DNA of 24,671 nt from Opitutia bacterium (GCA_031411855.1 JANOBW010000183.1:1-24671), one strand, 5' to 3'. Counted from the stretch's first letter, positions 8,181 to 16,192 are shown. The notes: generated by a model not told the origin, from the sequence alone. Numbers and translations are program-made.

Positions 8181-8600
8181 TCAGGGCAGGAGGACGGCGA
8201 GGTCCGCCTGCGTCGGCAAGGGACACTCCGTGCCACGGGTTCGGCGGCGTTCGATCACCCCGTAAACGGCGTCTCCCCAGGAAGTTGGAAACAGCTGAAG
8301 CAGGCGGGCCGGCAGACTCGCCCACGAACCGGTCACAACAAAGGCCCTCAGGGCGGCCCGGCTTCGCACCAGGACCTCGGGTTCACCCTCCCCGGCCGGG
8401 GGCAGCCACAGGACCATCGTCGCGGGACGTCCGGCCGGGCGGAGGTTTTCCGAAAGCAGCCTCTGGGCGGTTTTTCCCTGGATGGCCGCAAAGCGCAGAC
8501 AGGAGCGCGAGTCGAGGGCCCGCAGGCGCCAGGCCCAGCGGTTGCAGAACGGGCATGCGCCGTCGAAAAAAACCACCGGATGGTCGGGCATCACGGTCAT
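8181..8600 (-). CDS. DCC-family thiol-disulfide oxidoreductase (DUF393)
   Basis: The internal start MTVMPDHPVVFFDGACPFCNRWAWRL... carries the CxxC motif in the context typical of DUF393/DCC1-like proteins. It is 140 aa. The upstream 132 codons of ORF 8181-8996 are Gly/Arg/Pro junk that overlaps the TetR gene. Confidence 0.7.
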   Translation of the reverse strand: MTVMPDHPVVFFDGACPFCNRWAWRLRALDSRSCLRFAAIQGKTAQRLLSENLRPAGRPATMVLWLPPAGEGEPEVLVRSRAALRAFVVTGSWASLPARLLQLFPTSWGDAVYGVIERRRTRGTECPLPTQADLAVLLP

Positions 8601-8605
8601 GCCGC

Positions 8606-9322
8606 TCACTCCAGGGACAGGTCGGGGAAGACCTCGCGGCGGATCCGCTTGATCAGTTCCTTCTTGGAAACACTCAGGCCCAGCGGCTTCCAACCCAGGC
8701 CGTCCAGGACCAGATCCAGCTGCGAGGCGGAGGCGGCGGAGACGGTGAGCGAGCTGTAAGTCCGGAGCGTGGGGACCGAACCCGCGAAAATGCCGCCCAG
8801 GGCGGCGGCCACCACCGCGAAGACCACATCGTTGATCTGGCGGCCGGCGGCGAGCTTGAGATTGCCCTCCTCCACCGCCAGCCGGGCGATGCCCTCCAGC
8901 ACCCCCATGCCGCGCAGGGTTTCCTTGAGGTGGTCGGCGCGGCGTTTTTCCGAGGCGCGGTCCCAGAAGGAGGGCTGGCGCAGAAAGTGCTCCCAATCAT
9001 GGTGATCGGGATTGGCCGCGACAAAGAGTGAGTCGGCCGCGGCGCAGGCCGCCAGCTTCTCGCGGGAGTTCCCCGTGAACGCCGTGGCCTTTTCCAGGAG
9101 GTCCGCGCGGTGCCTGAGGTTGTAGGTGGCCACCGCCACGGCGAGATCCTCCTTGGAAACGAAATGAAGGTAGAGGGTGCCCTTGGCGTATTCGACCGCG
9201 CGGGCCACCTCGTCCATCGAAAAGCCCTGGTAACCCCGGGCGGCGAAAAGTTTGCGGGTGGCCCCGATGATGAGGTCCTCCCGCGCGTCGATCTCCCTTT
9301 GTTTGCGTGCGCTGCGTGCCAT
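8606..9322 (-). CDS. TetR/AcrR family transcriptional regulator
   Basis: The N-terminal HTH region (IIGATRKLFAARGYQGFSMDEVARAVEYAKGTLYLHF) is the classic TetR signature. It is 238 aa. It lies 5 bp upstream of the DCC/DUF393 gene, so the two are likely co-transcribed. Confidence 0.85.
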   Translation of the reverse strand: MARSARKQREIDAREDLIIGATRKLFAARGYQGFSMDEVARAVEYAKGTLYLHFVSKEDLAVAVATYNLRHRADLLEKATAFTGNSREKLAACAAADSLFVAANPDHHDWEHFLRQPSFWDRASEKRRADHLKETLRGMGVLEGIARLAVEEGNLKLAAGRQINDVVFAVVAAALGGIFAGSVPTLRTYSSLTVSAASASQLDLVLDGLGWKPLGLSVSKKELIKRIRREVFPDLSLE

Positions 9323-9334
9323 TGGGATCGTTTC

Positions 9335-9360
9335 ATGTCGAAATTTGACGGCGGGTCAAG
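9335..9360. promoter_or_regulatory. Palindromic operator-like site in the tetR/def divergent intergenic region
   Basis: A near-palindrome gtcgaaatttgac sits just upstream of TTGAC-ggcgg-GTCAA (9345-9359), and both are seen directly. The assignment as the TetR operator is inference. Confidence 0.3.
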
Positions 9361-9421
9361 CGAAGGCTCCCGCAAGATGCTTGCGCGGACCGCCCTCGGG
9401 ATGCTACGGCGTTACACCAAG

Positions 9422-10045
9422 ATGAAGTTACGGATCACCCACTTCGATGAGGATGTCCTGCGTGCGCCCGGCCGCCGCGTGGAGCGCTTCGACGCCAAAC
9501 TGCGCCAGCTTGCCAACGACATGCTCGACACCATGTTCGCCGCCGAAGGCATCGGCCTGGCCGCCCAACAGGTGGGCCTGGATCTCCAGTTCTGCGTCGT
9601 GGACCTCCAACTCCGTGAACGCGACAAGGAGGCCGATTTCTCCCATCAGCTGGACGGCCGCCGCACCCCGCTTGACCTCCTCTTCCCCATGGCCCTGGCC
9701 AACCCGGTGGTTGAAGCCCACGAAGGCCCTGCCGGCCCCTACGAGGAAGGCTGTCTTTCGTTTCCCGACATCCGCGGCACCGTCATCCGCCCCCTCGCCA
9801 TCACGGTGAAATACCAAGACCTTGACGGTCAGTCTCATACCCTGACCTGCGACGGTCTGCTGGCCCGCTGCATCCAACATGAGGTGGACCACCTGAACGG
9901 AGTGCTTTTCATCGACCGGATGACCCCCCAGGCCCTGACCAAAATCGAGACCAAGGTGAAAAAACTCCGGCGCGAAACCCGCGATTTTATCAAGGAGCAG
10001 AAAGCCGCCGCCAAAGTGGCGAAAAAAAACGACCCACGCCGGTGA
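9422..10045 (+). CDS. def: Peptide deformylase
   Basis: The motifs GIGLAAQQVG, EGCLSFP and HEVDHLNG are present. I chose the start at ATG 9422 (MKLRITHFDEDVLR...), which sits downstream of the overlap with tetR. Alternative ATGs lie at 9335, 9377 and 9401. Confidence 0.82.
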   Translation: MKLRITHFDEDVLRAPGRRVERFDAKLRQLANDMLDTMFAAEGIGLAAQQVGLDLQFCVVDLQLRERDKEADFSHQLDGRRTPLDLLFPMALANPVVEAHEGPAGPYEEGCLSFPDIRGTVIRPLAITVKYQDLDGQSHTLTCDGLLARCIQHEVDHLNGVLFIDRMTPQALTKIETKVKKLRRETRDFIKEQKAAAKVAKKNDPRR

Positions 10046-10485
10046 GCGCGCCGCGCCAGACCTCTCAGAAGACCGCGGTGTCCCGTGCCTTTGCCACGGC
10101 CCGGCGCCCGCTGTCCGCCGCCGAGGTCTGGGAAGCCGGACGCAAACTCGCGCCCCGCCTGGGCTTGCGGACGGTGTTCCGCCAGCTGGCAACCCTCGTC
10201 ACGGAAGGCACCCTCGTGATCGTCCATTACCCGGGCCAGCCCCCCCGCTACGAGCCGGTCAGCCGCGAGCACCGGCCCCACCTGATCTGCCATGGCTGCC
10301 AGAAACTGTTTCTCCTGGAAATGGAAGCCCCCCATCTCTCCGTCCACGCCCCTCCCGGTTTCGAGATCACCGGGGAAGAGGTTGTTTTTTATGGAAAGTG
10401 CCCGGACTGCGCGGAAGCCAAGACCGAACATCGAACGCCGAACATGGAACGTCGAACGTCCAACTCGCGGCTCGGACCTGGGTGA
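10042..10485 (+). CDS. Fur-family metalloregulator (Fur/Zur/PerR-like)
   Basis: The GTG start overlaps the def stop by 4 bp. It has the HTH region, then HLICHGC...GKCPDC metal-site motifs. The last ~20 codons (HRTPNMERRTSNS...) are encoded by arm 1 of the heptamer hairpin, so the C-terminus is probably extended by that element. Confidence 0.8.
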   Translation: MSAPRQTSQKTAVSRAFATARRPLSAAEVWEAGRKLAPRLGLRTVFRQLATLVTEGTLVIVHYPGQPPRYEPVSREHRPHLICHGCQKLFLLEMEAPHLSVHAPPGFEITGEEVVFYGKCPDCAEAKTEHRTPNMERRTSNSRLGPG

Positions 10486-10554
10486 ACCATCAAAAGCCTC
10501 CTTCGCTGACTTTGACTTCAACGTTGGACGTTCCAAGTTCGACGTTCGATGTTC
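10426..10554. repeat. Long imperfect hairpin built from tandem heptamers (GAACNYN x5 / reverse x4), overlapping the fur 3' end; possible terminator or MITE-like insertion
   Basis: Arm 1 reads gaacatc gaacgcc gaacatg gaacgtc gaacgtc caac (10426-10464). Arm 2 is gttggacgttccaagttcgacgttcgatgttc (10523-10554), which is its reverse complement with few mismatches. The spacer is ~58 bp. An AAAACCGGTTTT palindrome and a T-rich run follow it. Confidence 0.6.
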
Positions 10555-10890
10555 AAAACCGGTTTTTCCCTTTCTCATTGAATCGCCGGGCCGCCCCAGA
10601 CAGGATCACCATATCCCGGGCCACCGGGATTTCATCCTACTGCGTTGAATACAAAACACTTAGACCGATTCGCCCCGGTCAAAACACCGTCGGGTTTATG
10701 GATCATCTCCAGTCCCGCCAGCCGTGAGATCCACCGGATTTCACCGAGAACGCCCGTGTGTTTCACGGCAAAACTCCCCGATTAGAGCTGGGCGGATTCC
10801 ACAATTCTGGAGTCCCTTTGCCCGTCCTAAGCCAACCGCGTTTGCGCACGCCTTTCGGCCACGCATATCCACATCCAAACCACTCTTCCC

Positions 10891-13260
10891 ATGATTCTTA
10901 CCATCCTTCAATTCATCGGCGACCACCTCGGCTGGTTCGCCCTCATCGTCCCGCTGCTGATCGTGCTCTACAACTCGATCACGATCGCCCGGGGTGACCA
11001 GATCGTCACCCTCGAACGCCGCTGGTTCGGCAAACAGATGCCGGACGGCCGCACCGTGGCGCTGAGCAATGAGGTCGGCGTGCAGGCCCGCGTCCTCGGC
11101 CCGGGTTTCCACCTGCTCATCCCGTTTATCTACAAGACCTCCAAGAGCAATTTCATCGAGATTCCGCCCAACAAGGTCGGGGTGATCCGCGCCATCACCG
11201 GCGCCCCGATCCCGTCCGGCAACTTCATGGCGAAATCCGTGGAGTGCGACCTCTTCCAGGACGGCGAGGCCTTCCTCCGCAACGGCGGTGAGAAAGGCCC
11301 CCAGCTCGACATCCTCCCGGAAGGCGAATACAAGATCAACCCGATGCTCTTCGAGGTGTTCATTGTGGACGCCATCATGATCGAGGACAACGAGGTCGGC
11401 TACGTCGAATCCATCGCCGGCAACCGCGTGACCCGCGACGGCGGCAACTTCGGATCGCCCGTCCCCTGCGACAGCTTCCAGGACGCCCAGGCCTTCATCC
11501 GCAACGGCGGCCAGAAAGGCCCCCAGATCTTCTTCCTCGTCCCCGGTTTCTACCGCATCAACACCATCCTCTTCAAGGTGGAGAAACGCCCCATCACCGA
11601 GATCAAGGGCGGTCAGATCGGACTCGTCGAAGCCACGGACGGCGCCCGCATCCCCGAAGGACGCCTGCTGGCCACCAAAGTCAACGGCCACAACAACTTC
11701 TTCGACGGCGAGGCCTTCATCAAAAACGGCGGGGAAAAGGGGCGCCAGCTCGACGTCCTCATGCCCGGCCGCTACCGCATCAACCCCGCCCTCTTCAAGG
11801 TCATCAGCGTGGTGGACTGGACATCCATCGAGGCCGACCAGGTGGGCATCGTGACCATCCTCGAAGGCAAACCCATCGTGGACTCCACCAAGATCGCCGC
11901 CGAGGAGCTTCCCCTCGGCACCCACAACAACTTCCAGGACCCCGCCGCCTTCCTCGCCGCCGGCGGCCAGAAGGGTCTCCAGATCCCCGTCCTCCGCGCC
12001 GGTAACTACGCCATCAACCCGTGGTTCGCCTCCGTCGAAAAAGCTCCCATGATCCGGGTGGACATCGGCTTCTGCGGTGTCGTGACGAGTTATGTCGGTC
12101 CCGACGGGGCCGACCTGACGGACGACGCCGTCAACGCCAAGATCGTGGCCAATGGCAACAAGGGCATCTGGTCCGACCCGCTCCAACCCGGCAAACACCC
12201 GCTCAACACCAAGATCCTCAAGGTGGACATCGTCCCCACCACGCAGATCCTGCTCAACTGGGCGGACAGCCGCTCCAGCGCCCACGAACTCGACTCCAGC
12301 CTCAAGACCATCACGTTGCGCACGGCCGATGCCTTCAACGTCAACATGGACGTCAGCGTCATCATCCACATCCCGATGAAAAACGCCCCCAAGGTCATCG
12401 CCAACCTCGGGTCCGTCAAAAACATGATCTCGCAGGTGCTCGAGCCCGCCATCAGTTCTCACTTCCGCAACTCCGCCCAATACATCAAGGCCCTCGACCT
12501 CTACACCGAGCGCAAAGAGCTGCAGGAGAAGGCCAAGGAACACATTGATGGCGTCCTCAAGGTCCACCACATTGACTCCAAGGACACCCTCATCGCCGAC
12601 GTGGTCCTCCCCGCCGAGCTGACCAAGACGGTGACCAACCGCCAGATCGCCGAGCAGGAGAAGAAAACCTACGCCACGCAGAAGGAGGCGCAGGACGAAC
12701 GCCGCGCCCTTGAAAACGCCACCGCCCAGGCCGCCATGCAGCCCAAGGTCGTGGAATCCGAGCGGAACGTGGAAATCCAAAAGAACGTCGCCGAAGGCAA
12801 GGTGAAGGAGGCCGAGGGCTCCAAGGCCGCCGCCATCCTCCAGGCCACCGGTGAGGCCGAAGCCATCAAGCTCCGCGCCAACGCCCAGGCCGAGGCCACC
12901 AAGGTCACCGCCAGCGCCAACGCCGAGGCCACCTCGAAACTGGGTAACGCCGAGGCCGAAGTCATCCTCTCGAAGGGCCGCTCCAACGCCGAAGCCTACC
13001 GCCTTGAGGTCGAGGCCATGGGCAAGGACGTCTTTGGCCAGATCCGCGTCGTCGAGAAGATCGCCGGCAGCAACCTCAAGCTCATCCCCGAAAACCTCGT
13101 CATCGGTGGCGGCGGCGGTTCCGGCGACACCGGCGGCCTCATGAACGGCTTCTTCGGCATCAGCCTGCTCGAGAAACTGACGGGCCGCAGCTTCACCGTC
13201 CACACCGACGAAAAGAAGCCCGGTGAGGTCGTGGTCAACCTACCTCCCGCCAAGAAGTAA
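10891..13260 (+). CDS. Flotillin/SPFH (band-7) family membrane protein with a ~5x tandemly repeated N-terminal SPFH module and a flotillin-type AEA coiled-coil C-terminus
   Basis: It is 789 aa. There is an N-terminal TM helix (ILTILQFIGDHLGWFALIVPLLIVLY). Four to five repeats of a ~95-aa module share FQDxxAFxxNGGxKGxQ...PGxYxINPxLFxV. An SPFH core follows (TADAFNVNMDVSVIIHIPMKNA). The C-terminus carries EAEAIKLRANAQAEATKVTASANAEATSKLGNAEAEV flotillin repeats. Confidence 0.85.
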   Translation: MILTILQFIGDHLGWFALIVPLLIVLYNSITIARGDQIVTLERRWFGKQMPDGRTVALSNEVGVQARVLGPGFHLLIPFIYKTSKSNFIEIPPNKVGVIRAITGAPIPSGNFMAKSVECDLFQDGEAFLRNGGEKGPQLDILPEGEYKINPMLFEVFIVDAIMIEDNEVGYVESIAGNRVTRDGGNFGSPVPCDSFQDAQAFIRNGGQKGPQIFFLVPGFYRINTILFKVEKRPITEIKGGQIGLVEATDGARIPEGRLLATKVNGHNNFFDGEAFIKNGGEKGRQLDVLMPGRYRINPALFKVISVVDWTSIEADQVGIVTILEGKPIVDSTKIAAEELPLGTHNNFQDPAAFLAAGGQKGLQIPVLRAGNYAINPWFASVEKAPMIRVDIGFCGVVTSYVGPDGADLTDDAVNAKIVANGNKGIWSDPLQPGKHPLNTKILKVDIVPTTQILLNWADSRSSAHELDSSLKTITLRTADAFNVNMDVSVIIHIPMKNAPKVIANLGSVKNMISQVLEPAISSHFRNSAQYIKALDLYTERKELQEKAKEHIDGVLKVHHIDSKDTLIADVVLPAELTKTVTNRQIAEQEKKTYATQKEAQDERRALENATAQAAMQPKVVESERNVEIQKNVAEGKVKEAEGSKAAAILQATGEAEAIKLRANAQAEATKVTASANAEATSKLGNAEAEVILSKGRSNAEAYRLEVEAMGKDVFGQIRVVEKIAGSNLKLIPENLVIGGGGGSGDTGGLMNGFFGISLLEKLTGRSFTVHTDEKKPGEVVVNLPPAKK

Positions 13261-13295
13261 AGCGCACGCGGACCCATCGTAACGTCCCTCCTTCA

Positions 13296-13338
13296 AAACC
13301 ACGGTAGAGAGTCCGAACCTCTCACCGTGGTTTTTTTG
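13296..13338 (+). terminator. Rho-independent terminator of the flotillin gene
   Basis: The stem is aaaaccacggtagagag ...gtccgaac... ctctcaccgtgg, followed by TTTTTTT (13331-13337). It begins ~36 bp after the stop. Confidence 0.7.
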
Positions 13339-13446
13339 TGTCCACGCTTCTCGGCCGGTTCCCGACGCCACAGGTTCAACCCGGAAAAGGCGATGGTTCC
13401 AGCTCTAAACGGCGATGGTTTTTCCCGGGAGTGACCAAAACCGGGC

Positions 13447-13482
13447 AAAAAAAATCTCCCCCCGCCCAGGCGGAGGGAGATC
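13447..13482 (-). terminator. Rho-independent terminator of the DUF1080 gene (minus strand)
   Basis: On the plus strand it reads A8-tctccccccgcc-cagg-cggagggaga. On the minus strand this is a GC-rich 11/12-bp stem followed by U8. It begins ~30 bp past the gene's stop at 13512. Confidence 0.65.
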
Positions 13483-13511
13483 GGTAAAAAATCCGGACCA
13501 GACCAGGCCGA

Positions 13512-14228
13512 TTAGTCCGTTTTCAGGACCAGGTCCTTAAACTGCACCGTCATGGGCTCGCCGGCGTGGACCTGAAGGGCGAGAACCCCTTCCTTGGCGG
13601 CCTTGGAGGCCTGTTCGTCCACGACATCAACCGTCTGGAGGCCGTTGATGAAATGCTGGAGGTGGTTGCCCTTCGCGACGATCTTGTAATCGTTCCAATC
13701 AGCCTGCTTGATCTTGGCTTGGATCTCGTCGCTTTTGCCGACACTGCCCGTGACCTCCGGTTTGCCACTGCCCTCCTTGATGACGGTCTTTTCACCACGC
13801 TTCGCCAGGATGCCACGGCCCTTTTCTTCGTAAAGAATGCCGCTGTAGGTTTTGCCGACCTCGAAGTCGGCCTGGTAACCTGAAATGATGATGCCTGATT
13901 CGCCGGGCTTGAGTTCCTTGGAGCGGTATTGGACGCCACTGTTGCCGAAGCCCTCGCCCTTGCCGTCCTTGTCCACGATCTTGTATTTGAAGGTCAGTTC
14001 GAAATTGGAAACTTTGCCGGCACGCCAGACGAGGAAAGTGTTGTGCTTCAGCTTGGTGTCGCCCTCGGCTCCGGTCTTGCCGGTGATGCAGCCGTCCTGC
14101 ACCGACCAGACCTTGGTGTTACCCTCCCAACCGGTGAGGTCCTTGCCGTTGAAAAGGGCGGTTTCGGCGGCCTGGGAAAGGCAGGCGGAGGCGCTGAGAG
14201 CGAGTGTGAGGGCGATGCGGGTGATCAT
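13512..14228 (-). CDS. Secreted DUF1080 (3-keto-disaccharide-hydrolase-like / LamG-like jelly-roll) domain protein
   Basis: The internal start MITRIALTLALSASACLSQAAETALFNGKDLTGWEG... gives a signal peptide plus the FNGKDLTGW motif typical of DUF1080 (complement ATG 14226-14228). The upstream 133 codons of ORF 13512-14627 are Gly-rich and overlap mgtE. Confidence 0.7.
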   Translation of the reverse strand: MITRIALTLALSASACLSQAAETALFNGKDLTGWEGNTKVWSVQDGCITGKTGAEGDTKLKHNTFLVWRAGKVSNFELTFKYKIVDKDGKGEGFGNSGVQYRSKELKPGESGIIISGYQADFEVGKTYSGILYEEKGRGILAKRGEKTVIKEGSGKPEVTGSVGKSDEIQAKIKQADWNDYKIVAKGNHLQHFINGLQTVDVVDEQASKAAKEGVLALQVHAGEPMTVQFKDLVLKTD

Positions 14229-14362
14229 GTGTGGGAGAGCTGTGGAAGGTGGCACGAGGTTTTGGACAAACGAGCCGAAAACAACGGGCAGACACGTTTG
14301 GACGGTCAGGACCGGGGCTTGTTCCCACCCTTTGTTTATCCAAACCAAACCGTAAAGCCCTC

Positions 14363-15745
14363 TTACAAAATCGTGCCCCGCAGCACGAAATAGGCGACGT
14401 TGAAGTAAATGACCAAGCCGGTCACATCCACCAGCGTGGCCACAAACGGGGCCGAGGAGGTGGCCGGGTCCAGCCCCACCCGCCGCAGCACAAAGGGCAG
14501 CATCGAGCCGGAAACCGACCCCCACAGCACCACGCCCACGAGGGAAAATCCCACCGCCGCCGCCACCAGGCAGAAATGCGGCCCGTAGTCCTGAAGGTCG
14601 AGTTCCTGCCAGAGGATGATCCGGCAAAAGCCGATCACACCGAGGATCAGGCCCAGCCAGAGCCCTGTGCCGATTTCACGGCGCAGCACCTTCCACCAGT
14701 CCCGCAACTGGACCTCCCCGATGGCCATGGCGCGGATGATGAGTGTGGTGGCCTGCGAGCCCGAGTTGCCACCGCTGGAAATGATGAGGGGCAGGAAGAT
14801 GGCCAGCACCACGGCCTTTTCGATCTCCTTGGCATAGTGGCCCATGGCGGTCGCCGTGAGCATTTCCGAGAGAAACAGCACCACCAGCCAGACGGCCCGC
14901 TTGCGGATCATCCGGGGCAGGGAAATCGTCGTGTAGGGTTCGTCCAGGGCCTCCAGGCCGCCGATCTTCTGGATCTCCTCGGTCGTCTGCTCCTCGATCA
15001 CGTCAATCACGTCGTCAATCGTCACGATCCCGATCAGCCGGCCCTCGGAATCCACCACCGGGAGGGTGTTGCGGTCGTAGCGTTTGAAAACTTTTCCGGC
15101 GTCCGCGCTGTCGTCCGAGGCCCGGAGCGCGACAAAGTTGTCGTCCCGCAGGTCTCTGACCTTGGTGTCAAAGGGTTTGAGGAGGAATTCCCGGATGCGC
15201 ACATCGTCAATCAGCTTCCCGGAGTCGTCCGTCACGTAGATCACGTTGAGGGTTTCCGAATCCTGGCCATGCTGGCGCACGTGCTGGATGACCTGAAGGA
15301 CCGTCCAATCATCCCGCACACTGATGAAATCCGGGGTCATCAGCCGGCCCACACTGCCGACGGGATAATTGAGCAGGGCCTGGGCGATCTTGCGTTCCTT
15401 GGGTGAGAGGAGCGTGAGTGCCTGGATCACGGCCTGCGGCGGCAGTTCCTCCAGAAAGGCCGTCCGGTCGTCCGGCGACATGTCGTTCAGGACCCGCGCG
15501 GCGTCCTCGTTTCCCAGGGCCTTGAGGACGTTCGCCTGGGTCGGCGCATCCATGTATTCCAACACCTTGGCGGCCTTGACCTGGGGCAGCATGCGGAAGG
15601 CGATGGCCCGGGCGTCGTCGGGAAGCTGCCCGAGGCAGTCGGCCACATCCGCATGGGCCCAGCCTTCGAAAACGGTGCGCAGCGCCGTGAAGTTGCGCGC
15701 GTCCATCAGCGCCTTGATGGCGGGTTCGATTGTGTGGCCGCTCAT
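14363..15745 (-). CDS. mgtE: Magnesium transporter MgtE
   Basis: It has an N-terminal MgtE-N domain, tandem CBS domains, and a C-terminal 5-TM channel region (...FLPLIISSGGNSGSQATTLIIRA...). The start is at internal Met MSGHTIEPAIKALMD (complement ATG 15743-15745), giving 460 aa. Confidence 0.9.
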   Translation of the reverse strand: MSGHTIEPAIKALMDARNFTALRTVFEGWAHADVADCLGQLPDDARAIAFRMLPQVKAAKVLEYMDAPTQANVLKALGNEDAARVLNDMSPDDRTAFLEELPPQAVIQALTLLSPKERKIAQALLNYPVGSVGRLMTPDFISVRDDWTVLQVIQHVRQHGQDSETLNVIYVTDDSGKLIDDVRIREFLLKPFDTKVRDLRDDNFVALRASDDSADAGKVFKRYDRNTLPVVDSEGRLIGIVTIDDVIDVIEEQTTEEIQKIGGLEALDEPYTTISLPRMIRKRAVWLVVLFLSEMLTATAMGHYAKEIEKAVVLAIFLPLIISSGGNSGSQATTLIIRAMAIGEVQLRDWWKVLRREIGTGLWLGLILGVIGFCRIILWQELDLQDYGPHFCLVAAAVGFSLVGVVLWGSVSGSMLPFVLRRVGLDPATSSAPFVATLVDVTGLVIYFNVAYFVLRGTIL

Positions 15746-15990
15746 GACTGGATCAGATGGGTGTGCCGGCAGGGCGTTTCGTCGGGAAAACCAGAGGCGG
15801 GAAACAGGTCTCGCACCCATTTCCTCCGTCACCCCAAACCGAACGCCAACCTCCCGCTGCGGGCAAGGGGAGGTCAAGCCAACTCAAACCTTGGGGCGAG
15901 GAAACTTCCCGAAACTCCGTCCCGGGACCGAAACAAAGGGGACGGGGCACCTTCCCTCCCACCCGCCCGGGGCCGGTTCAAGGTATCGTA

Positions 15991-16192
15991 AGTGCGAAGC
16001 ACCGTGGAGTGCGACAACCCTGTTGTCGCTGTGGCCCAGGGCAACCCTGTTGCCGGGCCGTGGCAGGTCGTGGTGCCCAAAAACTTCCGCACAACTCCCA
16101 CCGTTTCCGGCGAAGGTCACGCCGAGGCCGCGACAGGGTCGCGATGCCTCACAGCGGCGACAGGGTCGCCGCACTCCACGGTGCTGCGCACT
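15991..16192. repeat. Nested palindromic element in the ppk-mgtE spacer: a 23-bp outer inverted repeat encloses four 13-17-bp mini-hairpin units
   Basis: The outer arms are agtgcgaagcaccgtggagtgcg (15991-16013) and cgcactccacggtgctgcgcact (16170-16192), 22/23 complementary. The inner units are cgacaacCCTgttgtcg (16012-16028), ggcaacCCTgttgcc (16040-16054), gcgacAGGgtcgc (16130-16142) and ggcgacAGGgtcgcc (16156-16170). The first two are reverse complements of the last two. It starts 14 bp after the ppk stop. Confidence 0.6.

Noticed and set aside
6430-9375. ORFs 6430-7329(+), 7313-8083(+), 7941-8759(+), 8123-9031(+), 8674-9375(-)
   Set aside because: They lie opposite or out of frame to hprK, lptB, the DCC gene and tetR. 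They have Arg/Gly/Pro-rich compositions and no domain signatures.
10556-10570. AAAACCGGTTTT palindrome followed by a T-rich run after the fur hairpin, considered as a separate terminator
   Set aside because: The stem would be only A-U/G-C 4-6 bp with a minimal loop, which is too weak alone. It is treated as part of the larger 10426-10554 element.
9428-10578. Minus-strand ORFs 9428-10192 and 9835-10578 opposite def and fur
   Set aside because: They are antisense GC-artefacts. def and fur have unambiguous catalytic and metal-binding motifs on the plus strand.
10741-13203. 820-aa minus-strand ORF antisense to the flotillin gene
   Set aside because: The translation is almost entirely G/V/A/D/L/E low-complexity. 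The plus-strand protein has a TM helix, SPFH core and flotillin coiled-coil. This is a classic shadow ORF.
15746-15990. Tried to match an M-box (ykoK) Mg2+ riboswitch consensus in the mgtE leader
   Set aside because: I could not recognise the conserved M-box sequence blocks by eye. It is kept only as a hypothesis to test with a covariance-model search, and is not annotated as a feature.
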